Source: Antedon mediterranea (lineage: Eukaryota > Animalia > Echinodermata). Taken from it: DNA of 64,000 nucleotides. Every line of letters starts with the position of its first letter. The first letter of the stretch is position 1. Location of the stretch: assembly GCF_964355755.1 (NCBI RefSeq), contig NC_092672.1, positions 9,486,001-9,550,000 of the forward strand, written 5' to 3'. Positions 35,904 to 49,388 of this stretch are shown piece by piece. A program made the translations under genes and the position numbers. The notes beneath the pieces were generated by a model. The model saw only the letters and a program-made list of their open reading frames with translations. It ran no database searches and was not told the origin of the DNA.

Positions 35904-37068
35904 TCTGACGCATTTATTACACGCACGTACGCACGGTATCAAACTTTTTTATAATGTCTAATAATAAAACCATCGCCAGATCGTTGGTGCGTTTAAAAGA
36001 AACTCACAGGCCGTAAGGACAGTCAGGTATTGGGTGATTATGTGTCAAAACAATTAAAATGCGTGGTAGGCCTCGCATCTGTCAACAAGTGAAAATACAG
36101 GAAAGTCCAATAATTTGATTTCGCGAAATAGAAAAAGTGACGAAGCAAAAAAAGGGTCCTATAACAATTGGTAGAGGGCAATACATAAAATGGATCACGT
36201 GTCAGTTTCTTTTTGGCTGGTGCCACCGGCGGATTTTAGCTCACGTATTGAAACGCAACTGACAATAAAAAAAAATAATGACATAAATGAGTTTTGATAC
36301 TGCTTTTCAGATATTTACTGAACAATAGCTATTCAGCCAAAGAGGAAAAATTACGATAAAAATACGACATAGCTCCCTCTACAGCAGTCTATAAATTAAA
36401 ATTATGCAAATTTCAGGATCCTAGCTTGTGATTAACGTGCATGCGCAGTTATATTTACAGAATAGGAATTCTAACGAGTGCCCCATGATGATGAACTAAA
36501 TTGCGTAACTCTAGTACAAAAAATAGTCAAACTCAAATATAGTTATTATGGCACGCTGTATACTATGAAATGAATGAAATGAATGAAATGAATATGACAA
36601 TTAGACCAAACCACCGTCTAGAATCAGAACCTTTTTGACAAATTTGAATTACTCTATTTGTGGGTTATTCAATATTAATGTTTGAACGACGAGTTCATTC
36701 TAGTTTCGCGAATGTGGATCTTATGAAGAAATTCTGTAAAAGATATCTGCCGTGCTTGTCCGACAATATTTAAACAGATTTATAATAATTTATACTACTG
36801 TATTTTGGGAAGAAAGATAGGCCTATGTTTTACACTGATCTTACTGTTAATATTTTTAAACATCAATACAACAAATATATTATTTCATTTTATATTAAAC
36901 TTTTATAGTTCTTTTTTAAGTGTATGTTTTTATCTAATTTGCAGACAGTATAATGTTTCGATCTTATTAGATCTCGTCAGTGCAGCTCAGGTTTCGAAAT
37001 GATCTGTACCACATAACTGGCACAATGTATAGGATGAACCAGTTATGTTACTGAATATGAACACAAAT

Positions 37069-37609
37069 ACCCCTTTTATACCAAAAGCAAAACTCCGGAG
37101 ACACTACGGAGTTGACGCCCCGGTGTTTTGGTGTGAAAGGTAAAATCAAACAACTCTGGAATTCAAAACAGCGGGTTGAACAGCTGAACGTTCTCTGGAG
37201 GAGGAAGTGCAGGGACACACCGGTGTTCTGGTGTGAAAGGTAGCAACATCACACTCCGGAGGTTTTAGATAAAAAGATAATCCTCACACGATCAATCATT
37301 GCTTTAGTTTTATTTTTCAAAATACGGGTTTAAAATATAATAAATAGTATAAATAAAATATTATGACTTCTGAGACTTTTGAAAATAATTATTAAAATTA
37401 AAAATATTATCAATTAAATGATTCTAACGATCGTCGCTATGTAAGCAAACAAATAGAGAACGGTTTTACGATTTAATTTTGAAAACCTTGGTGTTGCAAG
37501 GTTGGTGACGTATGAATGGGGTATCTCCGGAGTTTCTCAACGTTTGGAATGGTCACAAATCCCGGAGTGTCTCGGGAGATCACTGCGGAGTTTTGGTGTG
37601 AAAGGGGTA
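37069..37609. mobile_element. MITE with ACCCCTTT(C)ACACCAAAA-type TIRs; related copies at 37641-38060, 44398-44781, 51381-51751, 56738-57120
   Basis: ACCCCTTTTATACCAAAAGC ... TTTTGGTGTGAAAGGGGT; internal CTCCGGAG palindromes. Confidence 0.7.
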
Positions 37610-38808
37610 AAAGAGTGCACACACTCAAAAGAGTGTGATATCCCTTTCAAACCAAAAGCAACACTCCGGAGACACTCAGGGGAGTTGACGCCTCGGTGCT
37701 TTGCTGTGAAAGGTAACAAATCAAACAACTTCGGAGTTCAAAACAGCGGGGTTGAACAGCTAAATGTTCCCCGGAGGGCGAACTGCGCTGACACACCGGT
37801 GTTTTGATGTGGAAAGTACCAACATCAAACTGTTTAGGTTAAAAGGTCATCCTCACACGATTAATTTGCTTTAGTTTTATTTCAAAATACTATTTCTACA
37901 AAATATATAGCGGGTCTAAACAATAATTAGTAGTATCAGTAAAACCATAGATGTAAAAAATAGTAAAACATTTTTATACCTCCATGAGTAAACATTATAT
38001 GATTTCTGATCACTGAGAAAAGTGATTTTACCTTTTATACCTTGGTGTGAAAGTGGCCTACAGCCATGTATAAGGGTAGCAACATTAACGAGTATGCTCT
38101 TTTGGTTTTTCATACTGTGTTGCTTCATTTTAAATTTCTATTCTATTATCTAATCACATGAAATTTTGGAAATAAATCAGTTGAAGATATAAAAAGTTTC
38201 CCCATGTCTGTTTCTTTTAAAACTAGCGCCCCCAGTGGGCATTTTAAATTTACATTACGATGACAATCTTCATATGCCATATATAGCCCCCTCTATGGTT
38301 TATACATTATGTAAATTCCACGATCCTAGCTCGTGATTAATGTGTATGCGCAGTTATTATTTAAAGAATAGAAATTCTAACGAATCATTGCGTAACTAAT
38401 AGTAACAAAAATAGCTTCCAGCTGAAGCAGGCTATAGTTGTTATGGCACGCCGTGTATGCCAAACTATTTTCTTTTAGGAAAATTAGACCAAATCTCCGT
38501 CTAGAACCTAAACTAGCCGCGTCGGTGAAAATAGTAATAATAATAATAATATTTATTCAATCACCAAATAAAAAAAAGTGAGTGAGATTAGGCTAAAAAT
38601 CCCAAATATATTCTGCACTCGCTCATAGCAATATATAATTTATTATGGATTCATATAACGCCTAATGTCGTGAAACCTCTAAGCTCTGTAGACCTGTAGA
38701 CATAGGCTACAAACAGGAAAAGGTGCAATAAAATATTCACTACTGTAGTAATGTGTATCGTCTATGTAATTTGACAAATAGTTTAATATTAACAAATATA
38801 TGAAATGG

Positions 38809-39945
38809 TCATCCATTGACGTAGGCGGGGTTTGTCTGTGAAACCACTGTAACTCCACTCGTCTTCTTGCTATTTCGCCGTCTGCAGAAAACATCGACAA
38901 ATGCTTTCCTAAACATTTCATTTACAACATTATACATGAAAGGATTAACGGACGAATTTGTATAAAGTGCAACACGAAATATGTTGACTATCTGAAGTAT
39001 AACATTATGGTCAATGCCATGGTAGATATTCACTATGTTCATGATTGAGAATGGTGCCATACAAAATATGTAGATAGTTACAGTTAGGAAGATCGTCATA
39101 AAGACCTTTTTTTCTGATTTTGACCTTACTTTATTACCCGTTGAATTGGCTGTTGCAACGGTTGATCTTTTGAGTGTAATCAGGATTATTGTATAGAAAC
39201 CAACTACAATTGTTATTAGGATAAACGATAAATAACTATCGATCACAAATAGATCATTTTGAAAATCACAACTGTCAGTGTTCGCACCACAGTAAGTACA
39301 TACTATCGTTGAATTTGGAGCCCCGTTGTACATATCAGGCCATGGGAATTCATATGAAACTATAGCGTTCCAAGTAAATTTCCGGGCCTGCCATGTTAAG
39401 GATATTAGCCACATGATAACGCAGACTTGTAAAGATCTCGAACGTTCTCCAAATTTACTGTTCCGAAATTTCAAAGGGTGACAAATTGCAAGATATCGTT
39501 CAGCAGACATCCAGAAGATTGTGAAATTTGCAACTTGCAACGCAGTGTCCACGATGTAAATGTTTAGGTGGCAAAACCATAGCATACCCTCTCCGATGCC
39601 CATGTCAAATACATCGTGTAATGGACTGTGCGCAAAGGATGACCATATCAGATCAGGAGCAAAGCAAAGAAACAGAACGTCAGCAATCGCTAAGTTGGCT
39701 AAATACACGTTGACTGATGTGCGCATGCGAGGATGTTTCACTATTACAGTGATTGTCATTAGATTCCCAATAATACCGATAATTACAACAATTGGCATAA
39801 ATATTGTGATAACAATTTCATCTGTAGTTGTATAGGAGTACGATTTGATTACGTCATCCCAATCGGTCTCCTCAACTTTTCCTATGACATCAGTCGTCGA
39901 CTCATTCACAATATTCGAATCGGTGTAAAAAGTTGATTTGTTCAT
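38809..39945 (-). CDS. Orphan class A GPCR copy A (378 aa), intact
   Basis: Full 7TM ORF, LAIAD, MSAERY, NPFMY; acceptor AG at 39954-39955. Confidence 0.93.
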   Translation of the reverse strand: MNKSTFYTDSNIVNESTTDVIGKVEETDWDDVIKSYSYTTTDEIVITIFMPIVVIIGIIGNLMTITVIVKHPRMRTSVNVYLANLAIADVLFLCFAPDLIWSSFAHSPLHDVFDMGIGEGMLWFCHLNIYIVDTALQVANFTIFWMSAERYLAICHPLKFRNSKFGERSRSLQVCVIMWLISLTWQARKFTWNAIVSYEFPWPDMYNGAPNSTIVCTYCGANTDSCDFQNDLFVIDSYLSFILITIVVGFYTIILITLKRSTVATANSTGNKVRSKSEKKVFMTIFLTVTIYIFCMAPFSIMNIVNIYHGIDHNVILQIVNIFRVALYTNSSVNPFMYNVVNEMFRKAFVDVFCRRRNSKKTSGVTVVSQTNPAYVNG

Positions 39946-40904
39946 TTTTTCACCTTAATAAATAAAATAAACGTTAAATAAATAAATGGTATATCTATAA
40001 ACAGCCTAGATTAAAACAAACTGCGTACATGTTAAACAAGGCCTACACAAGTGAGCAAAAAATTGGGATAATTTAACCAAAAATAGAAAGGAACTCTTTT
40101 TTCATGAAACAAATTAATTTTGCAATTAAGTTTCTTTGCTAAATCATCAATTGTAATTATTACATAACCGTGTTTAATATTGTATATAAGGATTTGTATT
40201 AACAATGCCATTACAAGATTTTGTTTAGAGGCCTAAGGACATTTTTCAATGGTTTTGATGGTACCCGTTTTATTATTACTGTATTTCTAACGAACATCCT
40301 AACGACATGACTATAGACAGTACAATTACTGCAGTAATAACAGTTTAGACAGTACAATTATTGCAGTAATAACAGTTTTTACTTAATTTTTGTAGAACTT
40401 GTGCTTTAATATAGTGTTTTCTGTAAAACAGAATAAATCTTGTATTTGGTATCATCACCTTATAACTACATAAAGTAATACATCGTGTCTTTTGAATAAT
40501 AATTTTATGTTTGATTCTGTTTAATTCCTTCCAGAAATCGATCAATCGGCTCGATCTGGGCCAAATTGCCTAGGATTCTTATTATCAATACAGGAAAAGC
40601 GTGCAGTATCCGACGCGATATAACTGTTTTATTTGCTATAATCTACAACTGGCTCAGGTTGGTACGGTCCTGGGATTTTAAATTAAATCCCTTTATTTCG
40701 TCCTCAATAGGAACATTTAAAGCGTATTCCATGTATAGTACGTTACATAAAAATATTATTTGAGAATATGAAAAAAAAGCGAAACGTGTAGTCTTGTTTT
40801 CTGCATGACAGCGAGATTTGAGAACAATAATTACGGTTCATAAAATAAAACTCTAAAAGTTCACAAGATGAAGTACTGTGTACTTAAGCTTAAAAATGTC
40901 TTAC

Positions 40905-41080
40905 CTGTCCTTTTTCCTTCAATGTTAATAGTAACTGCTGCAATTCCGATTAAAGTAACTCTGATACTCTTAGTGCGGGAAGGGGCTTGCCGTGTAAAAT
41001 AGTTCACACAATTTAAGGCAGATAGTTATAACGGTACCGGTATTACATTAATTAACAGGCGTGGCTTGTATTTGATTGGC
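40905..41080 (-). promoter_or_regulatory. Putative non-coding first exon and promoter of copy A (repeated for B ~48676, C ~54890, D ~61342 and ~63568)
   Basis: Conserved CAG|GTAAGA donor at 40905, TTATAA at 41026-41031, CCAAT (minus) at 41075-41079, in all five copies of this region. Confidence 0.55.
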
Positions 41081-41402
41081 TGATACCTCCAGATAATTAG
41101 TTATTACACTATAAAAGAATTTGGTTAGTTCTTTAATGTTGGAATCTACTTAATTGTATTGAAGGTATTAATTAATATATAAACATGAACAATTTTACTT
41201 TGACTAACATTATATTTTAATTAAAATATAACTTATCATTGCCCATCAGCACCAATCCGAAAAGTAGGCTATAGTTCTTGATGTGCATGTATAGGGAACA
41301 CACATGAGTCTTGCGTCCCTTTTGAATCCTTTTTGTAGATAAGTCCAATAATTTGATTTTGCGAAATGGAAAAAGTGACCAAGTTAAAAAGGGGTCTATA
41401 AC

Positions 41403-43051
41403 GTTCGTTCACCTAATGGGGTTTTATTTCCACAATATTTAGGCCTCTGGCCCTTATATCTTACATACAAATCATACAATAATATTTTCTGGTTGGGTTG
41501 CAAAATAATATTTTCTATTTTCGTAAGCTAAATAAACAAAATTTGCTAAATCTTGGACTACTCTAGTGTTGCACATTAAAAAATAAAACTTATTTAAACA
41601 AGGGAACGTGTGATAAAAATTAAGAATATATAAGTTTCTGAGTTCGGAATAATATGGACAGACTAACATAAAATGAAATTCGTCTTCAATAGAATTCATA
41701 TTGCATAATTTACATAAACGGTTTTGAAGTGGGATTTTGTTCCATCTTCCCTTTTCTATTTCCAAATCTAACACTCCTAAACGAAATTTTGTGAATATAT
41801 TTTTACGTTTCCAATCTTTTAAGTGTAACAAATGATAACTTATTTCAATTTTCGTTTTAAAATACTTAAAATATTTTAGTTTTGAATGTAAAGAAAATTG
41901 TTCAAAATATTTTTGTTTTTCTAAATCAATCAGTCGTAATTTAAATTCATTAATAAATAATTTCTTGTCTTCAATCATTTGATTGTACCAAACATAACAA
42001 AAGCCGGTTGAACAAAGTAAATGTTTTACCTGACTAGCCCAGCAATGTTCATTTCTGTTAATTTTTCTTAACTGAAAACTGTAACATTTAAAAATAAATC
42101 TATTTTTATCCATGTCAATAATATGCAACCAAAAACGAATAATTGAAATTAAACAATCGACATGCAAGGAAACTCTGCCTAATTCTGTAGTTACGGCTGC
42201 GCTAGTGGCACTTTTTCCAATGTTCAAAATAAACCTCGCAAAACGCGTGTGGAAATTATTAGTAATTATTTGGTTAGAAAACCCCATATTTCACTGCCGT
42301 AAATTAAAATTGGTAATATTTTTGTGTCAAAAATATAATTCCATGTATTTTCTCGTAAATATTTCATATTTCGACTAATAAAAGATTTAACGGAAAATAA
42401 CGCGTTGTTTGCTTTTTGACAATTATATTCAAGTGCTTTGTTCCACTGGCCATTTGAACCAAATACCACTCCTAAATAATTATAAGTCTTAACAACCTCC
42501 ATTTGAATATTCCTGTAATACCATTTTTCAAAATATTTTAGTTTCCCACCCTTTTTAAATACCATTATTTTTGATTTATTTATGTTTACACTGAGACCCC
42601 ATGTGTCACAAAAATGTTCGAGTTTATTTATTAAAATTTGTAAGCCCCTTACCGTATCTCCAAATAATACTAAGTCATCAGCGTATAATAAATGATTGAT
42701 AAAGCTGTCTTCAACTTGTATTTTGTCGCTATCTCTACTCTGATTTAGATCATAACTTAAATCATTCATAAATATGTTGAAAAGTAAAGAGGATAAAGGT
42801 GAACCTTGTTGTATTCCAATAGAACAGTCAAATGGAAATTTCACTTTGTTACCAATGTTTACATGTGCAGACAAATTGTTATACATAGACTGAATTATAT
42901 TGTACATATTACCATTTACACCTATTCGTTTTAATTTAAGTAAAAGAAAACTATGATTTATACTATCGAAGGCACGCTTGAGATCAATGAAACAGCAGAA
43001 TACCCTACCTCGTTTTTTACTTAAATATTTTGCAATGATACTATTTAAAAT
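41403..43051 (-). mobile_element. 5'-truncated LINE (RTE-X-like) with RT domain and C-terminal CCHC, one frameshift
   Basis: FIDLKRAFDSINH, GIQQGSPLS, LLYADD, CKLC..EDEFHFMLVCP; AATAAA and GAAC tail; TAAC on both sides; empty site at ~49170 and ~55385. Confidence 0.9.
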
Positions 43052-45812
43052 TAACAATTGGTAGGGGGCACTACATAACATGGATCACGTGTCAGTTTCT
43101 TTTTGGCTAATGTCACCGATTCTAGCTGACGTATTTTTTTTTATACAATACATGCAAACAATCTATCAACTGAAAAAAAGAAACTAATGACGTAAATGAA
43201 TTTTTGAATAGCCATTCAGCCAAAGAGTAAAAATTAGGCTGAAAATCTTCATATGACATAGCTCCGTCTATAGTCTATAAATATGAATTATGCAAATTTC
43301 ACGACCCTAACTTGCGATTAATGTGCATGCGCAGTTATAATTACAGAATAGGAATTCTAACGAGTGCCCTATTATGATGAACTAAATTGCGTAACTCTAG
43401 CATAAAAACATAGTCTACCTTCCAGCTCAAGTATAGTTATTACGGCACGCCGTGTATGCCAGCGTATTTTCTTTTTATAAAACTTAGGCGAAACCACTGT
43501 CTAGAACCAGAATCTTTAGTAGTAGGCCTATAGTTACTTTTCCCAGTACAATTCCAGAAGTTGTACTTCTATTACCTCCAAAATCTAGTATCTCCACCCA
43601 TCCCCCTTCCAACTAACCCCCTTCTTAGTATGTGTTTAAGATGTGTGTTAAGCCATTACCCCAACCCATAATAATGAGTGGCAGTTTTCAAAATAATTTG
43701 TAGGCCTACATTACATTCCCGGTACAGTTTCAGTCATGTTGAATTAGAATTATGCAAATTTTACGATCCTAGCGTGCGATGAATGTGCATGCTCAGTTAT
43801 ATTTACAGAATAGGAATTCTAACGAATAATTTGCGTAACTAAAAGTAAAAAAAAAGTCTAGCTTCCAGCTCAAGTACAGTTATTATGGCACGCCGTATAT
43901 GCCAAAATATTTTCTTTTTATGAAAATTAGACCAAACCACCGTCTAGAACCAGAACCTTTTGGACAAATTAAATTACTCTATTTGTGGGTTATTCAATAT
44001 TAATTTTTGAACAACGAGTTCATTCTTGTCTTAGGAATGTGAATCTTATGAAGAAATTCTGTTAAAGATATCTGCCGTGCTTGTCCGACAATATTTAAAC
44101 AGATTTATAAATAATTTATACTACTGTATTTTGGGAAGAAAGATAGGCCTATGTTTTACATTGATCTTACTGTTAATATTTTTAAACATCAATACAACAA
44201 ACATATTATTTCATTTTATATTAAACTTTTATAGTTCTTTTTTAAGTGTATGTTTTTATCTAATCTGCAGACAGTATAATGTTTCGATCTTATTAGATCT
44301 CGTCAGTGCAGCTCAGGTTTCCAAATGATATGTACCACATAACTGGCACAATATATATGATGAGCCGGCCAGTTATGTTACTGAATATAAACACAAATAC
44401 ACTTTTCACATCAAAAGCAAAACTCCGGAGACACTCCGGAGTTGACGCACCGGTGTTTTGATGTGAAAGATAAAATCAAACGACTTCAAAACAGCGGGGT
44501 TGAACAGCTGAACGTTCTCCGGAGGGCAAACTCCGGAGACACACCGGTGTTTTGGTGTGAAAGGTAACAACATCAAACTCTGGAGTTTTTAGATTAAAAG
44601 GCTATCCTCAGACGATCAATCAATTCTTCTATTCCTACAAAATATATAGCGGGTCTAAAAAATAATAAGTAGTATCAGTAAAACATTATATGACTTCTGA
44701 GACTTATGAAAAGTGATTTTACCTTTCACACTAAAACACCGCCGGAGTTTCTCCGAAGTTTTGCTTTTGGTGGGAAAGGGACCATCTATAAGTGTAGCCA
44801 CAATAACGAGTATGCTCTTTTGGTTGTTCATACTGTGTTGCTTCATATTAAATTTCTATTCTATTATCTAATCACATGCAATTTTAGAAATAAATCAGTT
44901 GACGATATAAAAAGTTTCCCGTGTCTGTTTCTTTTAACACTAGCGCCCCCAGTGGGCATTTTAATTTTTGGGAACAAGTAGATCTTGGCAAAAAATACGA
45001 TGACAATGTTCATATGCCATATTTAGCCCCCTCTATGGTTTACACATTATAATTATGCAAATTTCACGATCCTATATGTGATTAATCTGTATGCACAGTT
45101 ATTATTTAAAGAACATGAAATCTAACGAATCATACTGCGTAACTATAGAAAAAAATAGTTCCCAGTCGAAGTATAGTTGTTATGGCACGTCGTGTCTGCC
45201 AAACTATTTTCTTTTTAGAAAAATTAGACCAAATCGCCGTCTATAACCTAAACTAGCCACGACGGTGAAAATAGTAATTATAATATTTATTCGGTCACCA
45301 AAAAATAAGTTAGTGAAAAATCCCAAATATATTCTGCACTGCTCATAGCAGTCTATGCCATACTCTGTATTATGTTCAATCTTTCTTTTCTTTCAAGTGT
45401 GAATTTTGTTAAGAAGCAGGCAGAGTACAATGCAGTTTGTCATATATTTAGTAGGAATTGAAACGGGTAAAAGAAAGGGTGGTATGGTGTATCTCATATA
45501 TACTCACGTGAAATACATACGTAATAACAATGGGATTTTAAAAATGAAACTTACTCTAGATAAAATTGTTTAAATTATAATATATAATTTATCATATAAC
45601 GCCTAATGTCGTGAAACCTCTAGCTATGTAGACCTTATACATGGGCTTCAAACTGAAAAAGGTGCAATATAATATTCACTTCTGTAGTAATGTATATCTT
45701 CTATGTAATTTGACAAACTGTTTGATATTAACAAATATATTCACTACTGTAGTATTGTGTATCTTCAATGTAATTTGAGAAACAGTTTATTATTAACAAA
45801 TATATGAAATGG

Positions 45813-46949
45813 TCATCCATTGACGTAGGCGGGGTTTGTCTGTGAAATTACTGTAACTCCGCTCGTCTTCTTGCTATTTCGCCGTCTGCAGAAAACATCG
45901 ACAAATGCTTTTCTAAACATTTCATTCACAACATTATATATGAATGGATTAACGGACGAATTTGTATAACTTGCAACACGAAATATGTTGACTATCTGAA
46001 GTTTAACATTATGGTCAATACCATGGTAGATACTCACTATGTTCATGATTGAGAATGGTGCCATACAAAATATGTAGATAGTTACAGTTAGGAAGATCGT
46101 CATAAAGACCTTTTTTTCTGATTTTGACCTTACTTTATTAACCGTTGAATTGACTGTTGCAACGGTTGATCTTTTGAGTGTAATCAGGATTATTGTATAG
46201 AAACCAACTACAATTGTTATTAGGGTAAACGATAAATAACTATCGATCACAAAAAGATCATTTTGAAAATCACAACTGTCGGTGTTCGCACCACAGTACG
46301 TACATACTATCGTTGAATTTGGAGCCCCGTTGTACATATCAGGCCATGGGAATTCATATGAAACTGTAGAGATCCAAGTAAATTTCCGGGCCTGCCATGT
46401 TAAGGATATTAGCCACATGATAACGCAGACTTGTAAAGATCTCGAACGTTCTCCAAATTTACTGTTCCGAAATTTCAAAGGGTGACAAATTGCAATATAT
46501 CGTTCAGCAGACATCCAGAAGATTGTGAAACTTGCAACTTGCAACGCAGTGTCCACGATGTAAACGTTTAGGTGGCAAAACCATAGCATACCCTCTCCGA
46601 TGCCCATGTCAAATGTATCGTGTAATGGACTGTGCGCAAAGGATGACCATATCAGATCAGGAGCAAAGCAAAGAAACAGAACGTCAGCAATCGCTAAGTT
46701 GGCTAAATACACGTTGACTGATGTGCGCATGCGAGGATGTTTCACTATTACAGTGATTGTCATTAGATTCCCAATAATACCGATAATTACAACAATTGGC
46801 ATAAATATTGTGATAACAATTTCATCTGAAGTTGTATAGGAGTACGACTTGATTACGTCATCCCAATCGGTTTCCTCAACTTTTCCTATGACATCAGTCG
46901 TCGACTCATTCACAATATTCGAATCGGTGTAAAAAGTTGATTTGTTCAT
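45813..46949 (-). CDS. Orphan class A GPCR copy B (378 aa), intact ORF
   Basis: Paralog of A; ATG at 46949 (the ORF track's GTG start is the first codon after the acceptor). Confidence 0.92.
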   Translation of the reverse strand: MNKSTFYTDSNIVNESTTDVIGKVEETDWDDVIKSYSYTTSDEIVITIFMPIVVIIGIIGNLMTITVIVKHPRMRTSVNVYLANLAIADVLFLCFAPDLIWSSFAHSPLHDTFDMGIGEGMLWFCHLNVYIVDTALQVASFTIFWMSAERYIAICHPLKFRNSKFGERSRSLQVCVIMWLISLTWQARKFTWISTVSYEFPWPDMYNGAPNSTIVCTYCGANTDSCDFQNDLFVIDSYLSFTLITIVVGFYTIILITLKRSTVATVNSTVNKVRSKSEKKVFMTIFLTVTIYIFCMAPFSIMNIVSIYHGIDHNVKLQIVNIFRVASYTNSSVNPFIYNVVNEMFRKAFVDVFCRRRNSKKTSGVTVISQTNPAYVNG

Positions 46950-47505
46950 TTTTTTCACCTTAATAAATAAAATAAACGTTAAATAAATAAATGGTATCTA
47001 TAAACAGCCTAGATTAAAACAAATTACGTACATGTTAGACAAGGCCTACACAAGTGAGCAAAAAGTGGGTTAATTTAACCAAAAATAGAAAGGAACTCTT
47101 TTTTCATGAAACAAATTAATTTTGCAATTAAGTTTCTTTGCTAAATCATCAATTGTAATGATTACATAACCGTGTTTAATATTGTATATAAGGATTTGTA
47201 TTAACAATGCCATGACATGATTTTGTTTAGAGGCCTAAGGACATTTTTCAATGGTTTTGATGGTACCCGTTTTATTATTACTGTATTTCTAACGAACATC
47301 CTAACGACATAGACAGTACAATTACTGAAGTAGTAACAGTTTAGACAGTACAATTACTGCAGTAGTAACAGTTTATACTTAATTGTTGTTGAACTTGTGC
47401 TTTAATATAGTGTTTTCTGTAAAACAGAATAAATCTTGTATTTGGTATTATCACCTTATAATTACATAAAGTAATACATAAGTCAAATTATCGTGTCTTT
47501 TGAAT

Positions 47506-48258
47506 TTCATTTCATAGTAACGTTTATTTCCTTCATAATATACAAAATAAATAATATAATACAAAATTCATGACAAGAAGAAAGATAGTTAAAACAATAC
47601 CATTTTTTCTCATCTTTAAAATGAATAAAACAATATTATGAAGGAGGCACAATTTCTAAAAAGCAAAAGCTTGTGTTGAAAGTGCCTGAACAAAAAAAAA
47701 AGTAACTAAAATAAAATTAGTAAATAATAGTAAATGGTATATAGGAATAAAGTAATTACCATAACGTAATATGAAAACAATAAAAACTGATACCTAGAAT
47801 ATAACTAGTTAATTAATTTACTTTTGTATTAAATATTGTTTAGTGTTAAAGACGAAGCTATGTTTGTTTGCCGAAGTTGTAATTTTGTTAGGAAGTGAGT
47901 TCCATATCTTGGGTCCAGTAAATCTAATATTATGTTGAAAAGAAGTCTTTTTGTATTAAGGAATATGAAGGTTATTGAGGATTCTTAATAGCCGTGAAAT
48001 TCATAATTGGGAGAAAACATACGGTATCCCGTAAATGAGATGGAAGAAGAACATTTTGGCTTTTGTAAATAAATAGACATTGTTGGAAAATATTAATATC
48101 TGTTAATTTTAATAATTTGAGAGAACGAAATAAAGGATCTGTACTAGTTCTATGTGAAACATTCGAAATTATTCGTATGATTTTCTTTTGTAGTATTTGA
48201 AGTTTGTTTAAATTAGATGGGAATGTGTTATACCAAACGATATTGCAATATAAAAGAT
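47506..48258 (-). mobile_element. 3' fragment of a CR1/L2-group LINE (Crack/Daphne-like) in the 5' intron of copy B
   Basis: Minus strand YCNIVWYNTFPSNLNKLQILQKKIIRIISN...DPLFRSLKLLKLTDI; ATGAA tail; empty site gtcttttgaataataatt in copies A, C, D. Confidence 0.8.
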
Positions 48259-49388
48259 ATAATAATTTTATGTTTGATTTTGTTTAATTCCTTCCAGAAA
48301 TCGGTCCAATCGGCTCGATCTGGGCCAAATTGCCTAGGATTCTTATTATCAATACCGGAAAAGCGTGCAGTATCCGCCGCGATATAACGGTTTTATTTGC
48401 TATAATCTACAACTGGCTCAGGTTGGTACGGTCCTGGGATTTTAAATTAAATCGCTTTATTTCGTCCTCAATAGGAACATTTAAAGCGTATTCCATGTAT
48501 AGTACGTTACATAGAAATATTATTTGAGAATATGAAAAAAAAAAGAAAAGCGAAACGTGTAGTCTTGCTTTCTGCATGACAGCGAGATTTGAGAAAAATA
48601 ATTACGGTTCATAAAATAAAACTCTAAAAGTTCACAAGACGAGGTACTGTGCACTTAAGCTTAAAAATGTCTTACCCATCCCTTTTCCTTCAATGTCAAT
48701 AGTAACAGCTACAATTCCGATTAAAGTAACTCCGATACTCTTAGTGCGGCAAGAGGTTTGCCGTGTAAAATAGTTCACACCATTTAAGGTAGATAGTTAT
48801 AACGGTATTGCATTAATTAACAGGCGTGGCTTGTATTTGATTGGCTGATACCTCCAGATAATTAGTTATTACACTATAAAAGAATTTGGTTAGTTCTTTA
48901 ATGTTGGAATGTACTTAATTGTATTGAAGGTATTAATTAATATATAAACATGAACAACTTTACTTTGACTAACATTATATTTTAATTAAAATATAACTTA
49001 TCATTGCCCATCAGCACCAATCCGAAAAGTAGGCTATAGTTCTTGATGTGCATGTATAGGATTAGAGGGAACACACATGAGTATCGCGTCCCTTTTGAAT
49101 CCTTTTTGTAGATAAGTCCAATAATTTGATTTCCCGAAATGGAAACAGCGACCAAGTAAAAAAGGGGTCTATAACAATTGGTAGAGGGCACTACATAACA
49201 TGGATCACGTGTCAGTTTCTTTTTGGCTAATGTCACCGGCGGATTCTAGCTGACGTATTTTTTTTTATACAATACATGCAAACAATCTATCAGCTGAAAA
49301 AAAGAAACTAATGACGTAAATGAATGTTTGAATAGCCATTCAGCCAAAGAGTAAAAATTAGGATGAAAATCTTCATGACATAGCTCCC

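Noticed and set aside
39528-39835. Recurrent antisense and alternative-frame ORFs inside the GPCR genes
   Set aside because: They recur only because the host genes are recent duplicates; no independent protein features.
44077-44328. Hydrophobic ORF repeated at 36805, 50965 and 56417
   Set aside because: Non-ATG starts, frames vary between copies, composition typical of AT-rich non-coding DNA.
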